From the IMG/VR virus record IMGVR_UViG_3300036761_001580, positions 69,198 to 133,197 of that record: DNA of 64,000 nt; one strand, given 5' to 3'. This DNA comes from a virus. This document shows positions 1 through 7,754 of the stretch, one piece after another. Below the pieces are notes generated by a model. That model ran no database searches and was not told where the DNA came from. It was given only the letters and a program-made list of their open reading frames with translations. The translations under genes were made by a program, and so were the position numbers. Within the stretch, counting starts at the first letter, position 1. The number at the start of each line of letters is the position of its first letter.

Positions 1-291
1 GCAGAGGTCCAGGCCGCGTCCGACACAGCCTTGGCGAACCACGACTCTTGGGGTGCAGAGGACTACGAGTCCTATTCACGCTTCATCAAGCCGAAGCTGG
101 AAAACGCGGAGTACAATGTAGAGTGGGCAGGCAAGCTCATCGTGGATCGGGAACGCGAGATCAATCGTGTCAAGAAGATGATGAAGACGTACTTCAGTGA
201 AGAGTGGACCTTCCCCCAGGAAGACCCCTACCGGAAGTTCCTCGAAGACGATCTCGCTTCGGCACCCTCCGAAGAAAACGAAGACCTCTAA
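1..291 (+). CDS. C-terminal fragment of a hypothetical protein (ORF enters from upstream of window)
   Basis: Open frame from nt 1 to TAA 289-291; GC3-rich; acidic tail ...SEENEDL. Confidence 0.45.
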   Translation, partial: AEVQAASDTALANHDSWGAEDYESYSRFIKPKLENAEYNVEWAGKLIVDREREINRVKKMMKTYFSEEWTFPQEDPYRKFLEDDLASAPSEENEDL

Positions 292-299
292 GATCCCTC

Positions 300-820
300 C
301 AAGGTCAACCCTGTAGATCGCACGATCCCCAAGGTTCCAACCTTGAAGGGCCCGAGGTCCCCGGGTTCCTCAACCCTCTTCCAACCCTCCTTCAAGGTTC
401 CCCAACCCTACCTTCAAACCTTCAACCCTACCTTCAAAGGTACCTTCAAACCTTCCCCAAGGTAGGGTTCGACTCGACCGGGTTCGACAACCCTACCTTG
501 ATCCCCTCAACCCTCCTTGACCTCCTTCGATCCCCCCAGACCGAGATCGCGATCCCTATTTTCCCCTGGGGGCCCAACCCCGGGTACCTTTGGTTCAAGG
601 TTCAGCTGAAGGGTTGCTGAAGGTCCAACCCTGCCTTGCCCTGGGGTTGGGGTAGTCTTGGGGAAGGTTGAAGGGTACCTTGAACCTTGAGGGGCCGCTG
701 GCAGCAAGGGGTTCCGTCTGAAGGGTCTAGGGTTCCTCCAGCCACCCTTTGGAAGGTTCGGTCGACCTTGGGGCCCGGGGGATCGGCCGGGCTCGGGCAA
801 CCCTACCTGTACCATAGGAG
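300..820. repeat. Iteron-like array of 13-15 bp motif AACCCT(A/C)CCTT(C/G)AA in both orientations (>=10 copies)
   Basis: Copies at ~383, 404, 424, 489, 509, 626, 799 (direct) and ~342, 459, 667 (inverted); no coding potential. Confidence 0.6.
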
Positions 821-894
821 GGGACCCAAACCTTGGCCGGATCTAGAAGCCAGGGTCCTTTTTGGGCAGGGTTGTAGGGGAAAAAGGGGACCCG

Positions 895-1000
895 GAATTT
901 CCCGGAAAAATTATTCAATGATTATGGGTATTTGTAAGGTATAGGATGGGACCCGAAAGATATTCGGGAAATGTAGACCACCTCCGTATATGTCGGCAGC
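895..1000. promoter_or_regulatory. AT-rich stretch between iteron array and GATC cluster (DUE-like)
   Basis: Local GC drops sharply (gaaaaattattcaatgattatgggtatttgtaaggtatagg) in a ~63% GC genome. Confidence 0.4.
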
Positions 1001-1500
1001 AGCCCCCGATCTCCAGAGATCGCGCGATCTAGCACGCGATCCGATGGAGATCGCGCAATCTCCCCCGATCTCCCCCGGCCTCCCCAATCCATCGGCCGAT
1101 CTCCGCCCGTACCCGGCGCAACCCTGGCCCGGCCTTGCCAAGCCCACGTAATCATTGGCTAATCTCTACCAACATGTGCGAGCGCCGGCCGATCCATCGG
1201 GCTCGCGCTCAGGTACATCGATTGTGGTTCAAGGTGGGCGGAGATCGGCGAAGGTCCGGGCGGCCCGACAGGGGCCAAGACTGGCCCATGCTCGGCCAAG
1301 GTTGGCCGATCTCGGCCGACTCTTGATGTAGATTGGGGGAGATCATCGAGGGTTGACGGAGGGTTGCGCGATCTCTAGGCGGGGTCGATGGAGATCGCGG
1401 GATCGAGGGTTGGATGTGGCATGTGTTGTGACCTTTTTGCGAGGTACGCAAAGATTGCGCGATCTCTGTCGGGCATGGATGAGATCGTGGGGCTGACCTG
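1000..1500. repeat. GATC-dense cluster with repeated GGAGATCGCG / CGCGATCTC motifs in both orientations
   Basis: ~18 GATC in ~480 bp; motif copies near 1015, 1045, 1240, 1335, 1364, 1392, 1455, 1482. Confidence 0.55.
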
Positions 1501-1639
1501 TCGAGCCTTGCCTATAGTTGCCTACATCTCCCCCCTCCCCCTACGTCCACCCCTAACCGATCCAAATGATCCAAGATTCCCCCATAATCTGTATCTCTTA
1601 CCTATCACCCCGATCTCCCCCTCGTGCCGAGATTCACCG

Positions 1640-1700
1640 GCCCGGTATGGTCACGTATGGTCATGACCATACATGTATGGTCACAGAGACCTATAGCTAT
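1640..1700. repeat. Cluster of GTATGGTCA / TGACCATAC direct and inverted repeats
   Basis: tatggtcacgtatggtcatgaccatacatgtatggtcac seen directly; operator-like. Confidence 0.45.
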
Positions 1701-1809
1701 ACAGTGGCATGGTATAGCTAGAGCCTCGGCGAGTAGTCAAGATCTAAGCCTGTCTCCTATAGGCTTGTCGAGGCTCGCGGAGCGCCGCCGTAGGACTGTC
1801 CCTTGGCCT

Positions 1810-2050
1810 TCCCCCTGGTAGGGGGTAGGGCACCCATTCGGGACGGCTGGCGAGCCTACCAGGGGGCTTGTCTAGGGTTGTCGGGATCTCAGGGTTGCGG
1901 CCTACCTTGGGCGAGGGCTCGGCGAGGGTTGCCGGGATCTGTCGAGGGTTGCCCACGACCTGCGGAAACCATACCCCCGTGGGCGTGCCTGGTACCCTAC
2001 CAGGGAAGCAACCTACCGGGGGAGGGGTACAGCCTGGTAGATGGTACAGT
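1810..2050. repeat. CCTGGTAG / CTACCAGG inverted-repeat family, including a 13-bp perfect inverted repeat (~1811-1862)
   Basis: ccccctggtaggg ... ccctaccaggggg; further copies near 1990, 2013, 2033. Confidence 0.45.
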
Positions 2051-2168
2051 CTACCTTTCCCCCCTGCCCCTTGCGGCGAGGCTAGAGATCTCCCCCTTCA
2101 TCTTTGTTTTGGACGGGTCGAAGGTTGGGGTGGTTGAAGGTGGTTGACTGTAGGTGGGGGAAGGTTAG

Positions 2169-2453
2169 CTAGGTGTGCACTCCCCACCTCGGATCGCTGG
2201 CACCGTAGAAGATCGCGCCGCCGTTGAACCAAACCCGGCCGCCCTTCTCCATGACGAAACTGAACGACTGCGGGGCGAAATCCTTGTAGAGCTTGCAGAT
2301 CGTAACGTCCGGCTCGCCGTGATCCCTCGCATCGCTGTTTGCGTACCCGTCGAGGTAGTCCAACACCTCGCGGAGCTTATCCCCGATCCCGTTCTCCTCC
2401 GCGAAGGTTCGAACCTTCTCGAAATGTTCCTCGTTCCTGATTTCCAGTGCCAT
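2169..2453 (-). CDS. hypothetical protein (94 aa)
   Basis: GC3-rich ORF; RBS GGAAGGTG upstream of ATG; last gene of the leftward early arm. Confidence 0.6.
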   Translation of the reverse strand: MALEIRNEEHFEKVRTFAEENGIGDKLREVLDYLDGYANSDARDHGEPDVTICKLYKDFAPQSFSFVMEKGGRVWFNGGAIFYGASDPRWGVHT

Positions 2454-2490
2454 GGGTTCACCTTCCCCTTGTTTGCGGTCCCCGATCTCC

Positions 2491-2520
2491 CCGGTGTAGT
2501 CCGGTGTAGTCCGGTGTAGT
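2491..2520. repeat. Tandem repeat 3 x ccggtgtagt upstream of 2169..2453
   Basis: Perfect 10-bp x3 tandem copies seen directly. Confidence 0.7.
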
Positions 2521-2930
2521 TACGCGGCGCACACCTCCCCGTCCATGTCGACGGTGCGGTCCGTGCCGTCCTCGATGCACGCCAGGGTGTACGAGTCGCG
2601 AGCGCGGCGGGCGGCCTCGCGGCGACCCTTGTCCTCGGCGGCGATCTCGACACCCATGATCGCCAGGTCCCTCGCATCTACCAGGGCCGCGACCTCGGCC
2701 TTGCACCGGTCCACCACCGCGACGGCGCGGGCCACCTCGGAGGGGTGCGCCAGGTGCCGCACGACTTCGTTGATCTGCCCCGTCGCCCGGTCCACCTCGA
2801 CGCGCCGGACGGTCTTGTCTACCGTGGACAACTGCCGCACCGCGAGCGCGAGGTTCGACTTGGCCTTGTCGATCTTCCGGTTGTAGGTGTCCGCGATGAT
2901 CTTGATCTGGGGGTTGATCTTGGTCGCCAT
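2520..2930 (-). CDS. hypothetical protein (~136 aa)
   Basis: ORF 2520..2939; ATG at 2930 has GGAGGTG RBS 7 nt upstream; GTG 2939 is an alternative start. Confidence 0.6.
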   Translation of the reverse strand: MATKINPQIKIIADTYNRKIDKAKSNLALAVRQLSTVDKTVRRVEVDRATGQINEVVRHLAHPSEVARAVAVVDRCKAEVAALVDARDLAIMGVEIAAEDKGRREAARRARDSYTLACIEDGTDRTVDMDGEVCAA

Positions 2931-2966
2931 GTCTCGCACCTCCGTGGGTTTTTCTGCTACCCTCCC

Positions 2967-2995
2967 AATGTAACCACCCGCAAAGGGCGGTCAAG
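2967..2995 (-). promoter_or_regulatory. class A promoter cassette (minus-strand read: cTTGACc-N16-TACATTgggg)
   Basis: -10 aatgtaacc 2967-2975, -35 gtcaag 2990-2995 (revcomp). Confidence 0.55.
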
Positions 2996-2998
2996 GGT

Positions 2999-3283
2999 CT
3001 AGCCGCTCTTTTTCCAGGCGGCGCTCCGGTCCTTTGGTGTCACCGTCAAGGGGTCGAAACCGTATTCCTTGGCGGTACGATTCAACAGTTCCAACCTCTC
3101 GCGCGCCCTCTCGGTTCCGGCCTTGATCTCCGCGATCCACTCGTCTCCCGGATCGTCGTCACACAACCTTTCCGCCATGGCGATCAATTCAGGCTCACGA
3201 TTGATTCGAAAGATCGCATCGTTCCGCCTGTCGAACCAAGCCGCTCCGAGTCTCCCGTCCTTTTTGACCCAAGGCCTACCCAC
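2999..3283 (-). CDS. hypothetical protein (~94 aa, GTG start)
   Basis: Track ORF 2999..3367 overlaps upstream gene; GTG 3283 follows the upstream stop and an AGGGGCGGG RBS. Confidence 0.4.
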   Translation of the reverse strand: MGRPWVKKDGRLGAAWFDRRNDAIFRINREPELIAMAERLCDDDPGDEWIAEIKAGTERARERLELLNRTAKEYGFDPLTVTPKDRSAAWKKSG

Positions 3284-3293
3284 CGGCCCGCCC

Positions 3294-3605
3294 CTAATCC
3301 GCGCAACCGGCCGACTGTACCGCGATCTCGCGGCGGACGTTGGCGAGCGCCCGCGCCAGGATCTCATGCTCGCGCGGCGAGTAGGACGCGCCCGACAGGA
3401 GATCGACGAGCGCCCGGACGATCCACGACTCCCGGACGACGGCGGGCTTGTCCGCCGCGATGCACTCGTGCGCGAAGCGGGAGATCTTGACGATCCTGTC
3501 CTCGGCCGTCTCGACGGCGCGGGCTTTCTGCTTGGCGAGGTTGATCTGCTTGGCCGTCTTCTTGTCCTCGACCTTGACCCTCGCGATCTCCATCAGCTTT
3601 GCCAT
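3294..3605 (-). CDS. hypothetical protein (103 aa)
   Basis: ATG 3605 with GGAAAGGGG RBS directly downstream of a class A promoter. Confidence 0.6.
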   Translation of the reverse strand: MAKLMEIARVKVEDKKTAKQINLAKQKARAVETAEDRIVKISRFAHECIAADKPAVVRESWIVRALVDLLSGASYSPREHEILARALANVRREIAVQSAGCAD

Positions 3606-3651
3606 GTTGCGCCCCTTTCCGTTGCGGCCGTTCTCTTTCCCCTACCTCCCC

Positions 3652-3680
3652 AATATAACCATCGGTTTCGGCCGGTCAAG
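3652..3680 (-). promoter_or_regulatory. class A promoter cassette (-10 variant TATATT)
   Basis: aatataacc ... gtcaag; stop codon of 3676..3921 lies inside the -35. Confidence 0.5.
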
Positions 3681-3921
3681 GGGTGGACCGGTCGATTCCC
3701 CACGACTCTTTAACCATCCGATCCAGATCGAAAACACTGTCCGGGATCGCCCCTTTCCGCCCCAAGAGATTCCGCGCCATGGCCGTGGTTCCGTTTGCGT
3801 ACCAAACCGTAACGGTCCCGGAGCGCCGGATCGAAACCTGCAACACTCCGATCAAGGCCGCGACGAACGACGGCGGGACGATGACTTGAACCATACCGCG
3901 CTCGATCTCGTTGACGTTCAT
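3676..3921 (-). CDS. hypothetical protein (81 aa)
   Basis: Internal ATG 3921 with GAGGGGG RBS; upstream part of track ORF is just the promoter repeat read in frame; C-term ...GIDRSTP. Confidence 0.5.
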   Translation of the reverse strand: MNVNEIERGMVQVIVPPSFVAALIGVLQVSIRRSGTVTVWYANGTTAMARNLLGRKGAIPDSVFDLDRMVKESWGIDRSTP

Positions 3922-3959
3922 TCGGTCCCCCTCGGTTGCGGTCGTTGCCTCTCCCACCC

Positions 3960-3988
3960 AATCTAACCACCGGCTAGCGGCGGTCAAG
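3960..3988 (-). promoter_or_regulatory. class A promoter cassette (-10 variant TAGATT)
   Basis: aatctaacc ... gtcaag. Confidence 0.5.
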
Positions 3989-4004
3989 GGGTCGAGCGGT
4001 CGAT

Positions 4005-4643
4005 TTACCACCCGCGCACGACCTTCCGGTACTCATAGCGCGCGTGATCCGCCGTTTGGCCGCTCACCGCCTCATTCTCGCCCGCTGTCGTCATGGAGAT
4101 CGCGCCCGTTTTGTTCCGCTTCATGAAACCGCCCGCGACGAGGTTATCGATCTCTTCCGTCGTGACACCATACTCTTTCAACGCTTCGAGGCGATACGCG
4201 CCGCCCTTCGTACCCCGGACCGTTCCGAGAATGACCCTCTGACGCTCGGAAAGCTCGGCCTTGGCCGGGAGTAGGGGCGCGAGCGCCGCCGGGTTTACGC
4301 GGATCGTGGCGTACACCGGACGCCCGCCACCTTTGTGGCCCGTAATGACCGCGCCGTTTTCCGGGATCGGGTAATCCGCCCGGTCGTTGTCGACGGCGTT
4401 GCGTGGGTTAAACATGTTCGGACCGCCCCACGATCCCCACGTTGTGCGATTCTCGCCCGTCTCCAGGTTGACGACGGTCGCGAAAGCCTGGTATCCGTCG
4501 CCGCCCGCACTACTCAGGCTCGCCGTTTCGGCTGGCATAACGTCGATGCTTTTCCGCCCGTACCCCACGGAAGCGAGCGCCCTTTGAAGCGCCGCCGGAA
4601 GCTCTTTCACGTCCACCGCGATCCTGCCGTTGTCGAATGCCAT
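4005..4643 (-). CDS. hypothetical protein (212 aa)
   Basis: GC3-rich; ATG 4643 with GGGAGGG RBS downstream of a class A promoter. Confidence 0.7.
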   Translation of the reverse strand: MAFDNGRIAVDVKELPAALQRALASVGYGRKSIDVMPAETASLSSAGGDGYQAFATVVNLETGENRTTWGSWGGPNMFNPRNAVDNDRADYPIPENGAVITGHKGGGRPVYATIRVNPAALAPLLPAKAELSERQRVILGTVRGTKGGAYRLEALKEYGVTTEEIDNLVAGGFMKRNKTGAISMTTAGENEAVSGQTADHARYEYRKVVRGW

Positions 4644-4681
4644 GGGTTAGCCCTCCCGGTTGCGTTGCTTGCCTATCCCCC

Positions 4682-4710
4682 AATGTAACCACCGGCTAGC
4701 GGCGGTCAAG
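4682..4710 (-). promoter_or_regulatory. class A promoter cassette
   Basis: ccccaatgtaacc ... ggtcaagggg. Confidence 0.55.
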
Positions 4711-4761
4711 GGGCGGGCCGGTCGATTCTGCCCACCTCGCCGGAGGGCTCTAGTTGCCCCG

Positions 4762-4905
4762 CTAGCCGGCGAGCGCCCGGAGAACCCACCGGAGGGCCGC
4801 CGCGAGCTTTCCGGCCGCCCTGGTGCCGGTGGGGGCCTCGCCGCAACACCTTTTCAGCTTGCGGCCCGATCCGCACGGACAGGGATCGTTGCGCCCCGGT
4901 TTCAT
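4762..4905 (-). CDS. small SEC-C-motif zinc-binding protein (47 aa)
   Basis: [23 protein letters not shown] matches the SEC-C metal-binding motif; ATG overlaps upstream stop (tagATG); below 60 aa so absent from ORF track. Confidence 0.45.
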   Translation of the reverse strand: MKPGRNDPCPCGSGRKLKRCCGEAPTGTRAAGKLAAALRWVLRALAG

Positions 4906-5040
4906 CTAGAGCGCCTCGTATTCGACCTTTGCGAACGTGACCCTCGCCCGTTGCAGGGACGTGTCGATTCCGAGAATCGTGTACACGTCGAGCATGGCAA
5001 GCTCGACCATGAGACGACGGGCCGCGCGATCTTTCGCCAT
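4906..5040 (-). CDS. hypothetical small protein (44 aa)
   Basis: ATG 5040 with AAGGAGAA RBS after a class A promoter; rest of 336-aa track ORF is an Arg/Ser-rich frame artefact. Confidence 0.45.
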   Translation of the reverse strand: MAKDRAARRLMVELAMLDVYTILGIDTSLQRARVTFAKVEYEAL

Positions 5041-5102
5041 GTGAAATTCTCCTTGTCGTGGGCGGATAGTCGGGCCGCCCGTTGCTTGTCTCGCCTTGCC
5101 CC

Positions 5103-5131
5103 AATGTAACCACCGGGGTGCGGCTGTCAAG
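5103..5131 (-). promoter_or_regulatory. class A promoter cassette
   Basis: ccccaatgtaacc ... gtcaagtgcc. Confidence 0.55.
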
Positions 5132-5134
5132 TGC

Positions 5135-5434
5135 CTAGCTTGCAAACCTTTCGAGGTGCGACTCGACGCCCAAGGCTTTCCCCTTGCGGCGGATCGCCTC
5201 GCGTTGCATATCATCGACGAGGGCGACCATAGCCGCGCCGTCGAACCTCCCCGCGCCGTGTCTCCGGTTGCACTCCAGGTCGACGAGGTCACCGCTACCC
5301 TTCTCGAATTGCGCCCATACGTTCCGCAAGCCGTGCAAGCCGGAACAAGGCCATGAATCCATGAACCCCTCGATCTCGTCTTCTCCGAACGAAACCGAGT
5401 AGAGACTGCCGTTATCGTAAACGCGGATCGCCAT
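5135..5434 (-). CDS. hypothetical protein (99 aa)
   Basis: ATG 5434 with GGGAGGG RBS; track N-terminus MVTLGRWG is the promoter repeat read in frame. Confidence 0.6.
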   Translation of the reverse strand: MAIRVYDNGSLYSVSFGEDEIEGFMDSWPCSGLHGLRNVWAQFEKGSGDLVDLECNRRHGAGRFDGAAMVALVDDMQREAIRRKGKALGVESHLERFAS

Positions 5435-5468
5435 GTCGCCCTCCCGGTTGTTCGCTCCCCACCTCCCC

Positions 5469-5497
5469 AATGTAACCACCGGCTAACGCCGGTCAAG
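5469..5497 (-). promoter_or_regulatory. class A promoter cassette
   Basis: ccccaatgtaacc ... ggtcaagggg followed by GGCCCGGTCGATTT upstream element. Confidence 0.55.
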
Positions 5498-5519
5498 GGG
5501 TGGCCCGGTCGATTTCCGA

Positions 5520-6005
5520 CTACTCGGCCGCAAGCTCCGGGTACCGCTCGATCTTGCGTTGCCGGTCCTCCTCGATCTCGCGGGCGCGTATCGGCGCGAC
5601 GTGGGCGAGCCAACGCTGATGGGACGCCTCGGCCTCGGCGCGTCGGCGGTTGTCCTCGCGCGTCCTCGCGGCCTTCCACGCGGCGGCGCTCCGGGGGCTG
5701 GCGTCCTCGCTGGCGCGCTTTGCGGCGGCGAGCGCCCCGGTGCGGCTGGCGTACCCCTGGAAAGTGCCGGGAGTCGTGACCGCGCCCGTCTTCCGGTTGA
5801 ACCGTCGAACGGTGAACCGGCGCGAGCATGGGATTACCTTCCCGCCGCACGGACCCCGGAACCGTTCCGACGTCACGAAAAAGCATCCGCCGGGACCGTC
5901 GAACGCATCGAGGCACACGCGGGAGTCGAAGAACCGCATAGAATCCTTGTCGAAGAAATGACCCTTCGCGACCTTGCGGATCTCGTCAGTGTTGTAGAAT
6001 CTCAT
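5520..6005 (-). CDS. hypothetical protein (161 aa)
   Basis: ATG 6005 with CCGGAGGTG RBS; GC3-rich. Confidence 0.65.
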   Translation of the reverse strand: MRFYNTDEIRKVAKGHFFDKDSMRFFDSRVCLDAFDGPGGCFFVTSERFRGPCGGKVIPCSRRFTVRRFNRKTGAVTTPGTFQGYASRTGALAAAKRASEDASPRSAAAWKAARTREDNRRRAEAEASHQRWLAHVAPIRAREIEEDRQRKIERYPELAAE

Positions 6006-6038
6006 GCCGCACCTCCGGGGTTTTTCTTGCCTACCCCC

Positions 6039-6067
6039 AATGTAACCACCGGCTAGCGGCTGTCAAG
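6039..6067 (-). promoter_or_regulatory. class A promoter cassette
   Basis: cccccaatgtaacc ... tgtcaaggg. Confidence 0.55.
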
Positions 6068-6069
6068 GG

Positions 6070-6483
6070 CTAAACGCACCACCCGTCTTCGGCACCCCCG
6101 AAAGAGTTGTATGCACCCGTGCGCGGGGTGTGGATCTTGATCGCCGCGCCGCGCGGGTCACCGTTGAAATGGATCGACAGGCCGATCCGCTTGGCAAGCT
6201 CTTCGGCCTCGGCGCGGAGCTTGGCCTCGCGCCGTTCGTCGCGGAGCTTTCCCGCCTCGTCTTCGCGCCCCGTCCGCTCGTGGACGTAGCCGTTGCACTG
6301 GCGGGTGAAGATCGCGCGGAGCGCCCGCTCGATCCTTTCGAACGTGACGGTGTCCTCGACGGCGTTGAGAACCGCGAGCCGGATCTTGTTCTTTCGGACC
6401 GTGTGAAATTCGCTGTCTTTCGTCTCTTCCAAAACCGTCAACGCGGTACGAAGCGTCTCCATTGTGATCTTGGGCTCGTTCAT
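6070..6483 (-). CDS. hypothetical protein (137 aa)
   Basis: ATG 6483 with GGGGGAGGG RBS; upstream MVTLGQGT is the promoter repeat. Confidence 0.6.
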   Translation of the reverse strand: MNEPKITMETLRTALTVLEETKDSEFHTVRKNKIRLAVLNAVEDTVTFERIERALRAIFTRQCNGYVHERTGREDEAGKLRDERREAKLRAEAEELAKRIGLSIHFNGDPRGAAIKIHTPRTGAYNSFGGAEDGWCV

Positions 6484-6526
6484 GGCGTCCCTCCCCCGGT
6501 TGCGGTCGTTCGCTGTCCCTTGCCCC

Positions 6527-6555
6527 AATGTAACCACCGGTTGCGGGCTGTCAAG
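6527..6555 (-). promoter_or_regulatory. class A promoter cassette
   Basis: ccccaatgtaacc ... tgtcaaggg. Confidence 0.55.
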
Positions 6556-6557
6556 GG

Positions 6558-6731
6558 CTAGGGTGCGATCTCCTCGATGATCTTCGCCCTCTCGGCCTGG
6601 ACGTCGGCGAGGAATTCGGCCCGCGCCTCGCTCCTCGTGTAGTACAGGTACTTGCGCCGCACCAGATACCCGTTGACCCTCGCGGACAGTACCAGATACC
6701 CGTTGACCGTCTTTTCGACCGTGATCTTCAT
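6558..6731 (-). CDS. hypothetical small protein (57 aa) with internal in-frame 30-bp tandem duplication
   Basis: ATG 6731 with GGGGAGGAAACC RBS; duplication accagatacccgttgacc at 6661-6708 gives VNGYLV x2. Confidence 0.5.
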   Translation of the reverse strand: MKITVEKTVNGYLVLSARVNGYLVRRKYLYYTRSEARAEFLADVQAERAKIIEEIAP

Positions 6732-6762
6732 GGTTTCCTCCCCGGTTGCCGTCCCTTGTCCC

Positions 6763-6791
6763 AATGTAACCACCGGCTAGCGGCGGTCAAG
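6763..6791 (-). promoter_or_regulatory. class A promoter cassette
   Basis: cccaatgtaacc ... ggtcaagtgcc. Confidence 0.55.
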
Positions 6792-6798
6792 TGCCTGT

Positions 6799-7119
6799 CT
6801 ACCGGAAAAACTCGACGGTGCGGAGCCCTTCGATCTCCCGCACGGCGTCTTTGGCCTCGGCGCGGCTGTCCGCCCGGACGAACACCTCGACGGTACGATC
6901 CGCGTTGACCGCATGGTACAGGTTGGCGGGCATTCCCCAATACGCGCCGCCCGTGTCATAGCAACCGTCCACGAAGCGGAGACGGCGGAGGTGGAGCTTG
7001 CACGCGGGGCCGACGTTGTAGTACGTGGCACCTTTGTACTCTTCCGTGGGAATTCGGTTCCCGCGACCCATCGGAGCACCGTACTTACTGGAAACATTTG
7101 TGATCCCCGGATACGCCAT
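6799..7119 (-). CDS. hypothetical protein (106 aa)
   Basis: Internal ATG with GAGGGAAGGTG RBS; upstream track residues are the promoter repeat. Confidence 0.6.
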   Translation of the reverse strand: MAYPGITNVSSKYGAPMGRGNRIPTEEYKGATYYNVGPACKLHLRRLRFVDGCYDTGGAYWGMPANLYHAVNADRTVEVFVRADSRAEAKDAVREIEGLRTVEFFR

Positions 7120-7163
7120 GGTCCACCTTCCCTCGGTTGCGGCCGTTCGCTGTCCCTTGCCCC

Positions 7164-7192
7164 AATGTAACCACCGGCTAGCGACGGTCAAG
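7164..7192 (-). promoter_or_regulatory. class A promoter cassette
   Basis: ccccaatgtaacc ... ggtcaagggg + GGGCCGGTCGATTC upstream element. Confidence 0.55.
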
Positions 7193-7212
7193 GGGTGGGC
7201 CGGTCGATTCTC

Positions 7213-7677
7213 CTAGAACCACTCCCGCCCGGACATGGACACCGCGAGCGTCCCGTCCGCCCGGACGTTCGCCTCACGACCGAAAAAGAACTTCATGAGA
7301 CGGGCCTGGTTGCCCTTCTCGTCGTCGTCCGCCACCGGGGCCGTGGAAGTACGGGCCGGGGCCGGAACGGAGCTAGAAAGGCCACGCTCGCGCCGCCTGT
7401 CGGCGAGCGGCGGGTACTCCATGACGTTCCGGGGGTTCCACTCCCCCGCGCAGATGTAAGGTTCGTCCCCTTCCGTCTTCGTGTACGATACCGTGTCCTC
7501 GACTCGCCCTCTACGTCGGAGGTGTACCCCGTGGCACACGATAGCGACGATGGTAGCCGGAAGTGCGACAGCGCACCACATACAGATCCGGTGCCCGGTC
7601 GCGTCCTCGATCCCGTGTGTGGGGTACATATCGGTATCGATGCTTGTCGCCCCGCAACACTCGCAAGTGCCTATCAT
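7213..7677 (-). CDS. hypothetical Cys-rich protein (154 aa)
   Basis: GC3-rich ORF with several CxxC pairs; downstream of a class A promoter. Confidence 0.6.
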   Translation of the reverse strand: MIGTCECCGATSIDTDMYPTHGIEDATGHRICMWCAVALPATIVAIVCHGVHLRRRGRVEDTVSYTKTEGDEPYICAGEWNPRNVMEYPPLADRRRERGLSSSVPAPARTSTAPVADDDEKGNQARLMKFFFGREANVRADGTLAVSMSGREWF

Positions 7678-7722
7678 CGGAGTCTCCTTAGTTTGGGTGG
7701 GTAGTCGGCCCGCCTGGCTCCC

Positions 7723-7751
7723 AATGTAACGCTCGCTTTCATGCTGTCAAG
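7723..7751 (-). promoter_or_regulatory. class A promoter cassette (diverged spacer)
   Basis: cccaatgtaacg ... tgtcaagagg. Confidence 0.5.
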
Positions 7752-7754
7752 AGG

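Noticed and set aside
4906-5916. 336-aa minus-strand ORF
   Set aside because: Arg/Ser/Gly-rich frame artefact running through two real genes and a promoter. Only its last 44 codons (4906..5040) behave like a gene.
6070-6561. N-terminal extensions MVTLGQGT.../MVTLGRWG... on several track ORFs (also 4706..5113, 5135..5479, 6558..6773, 9177..9365)
   Set aside because: These are the class A promoter repeat (GGTTACATTGGGG) translated in frame, not protein. Real starts are the downstream ATG/GTG with RBS.
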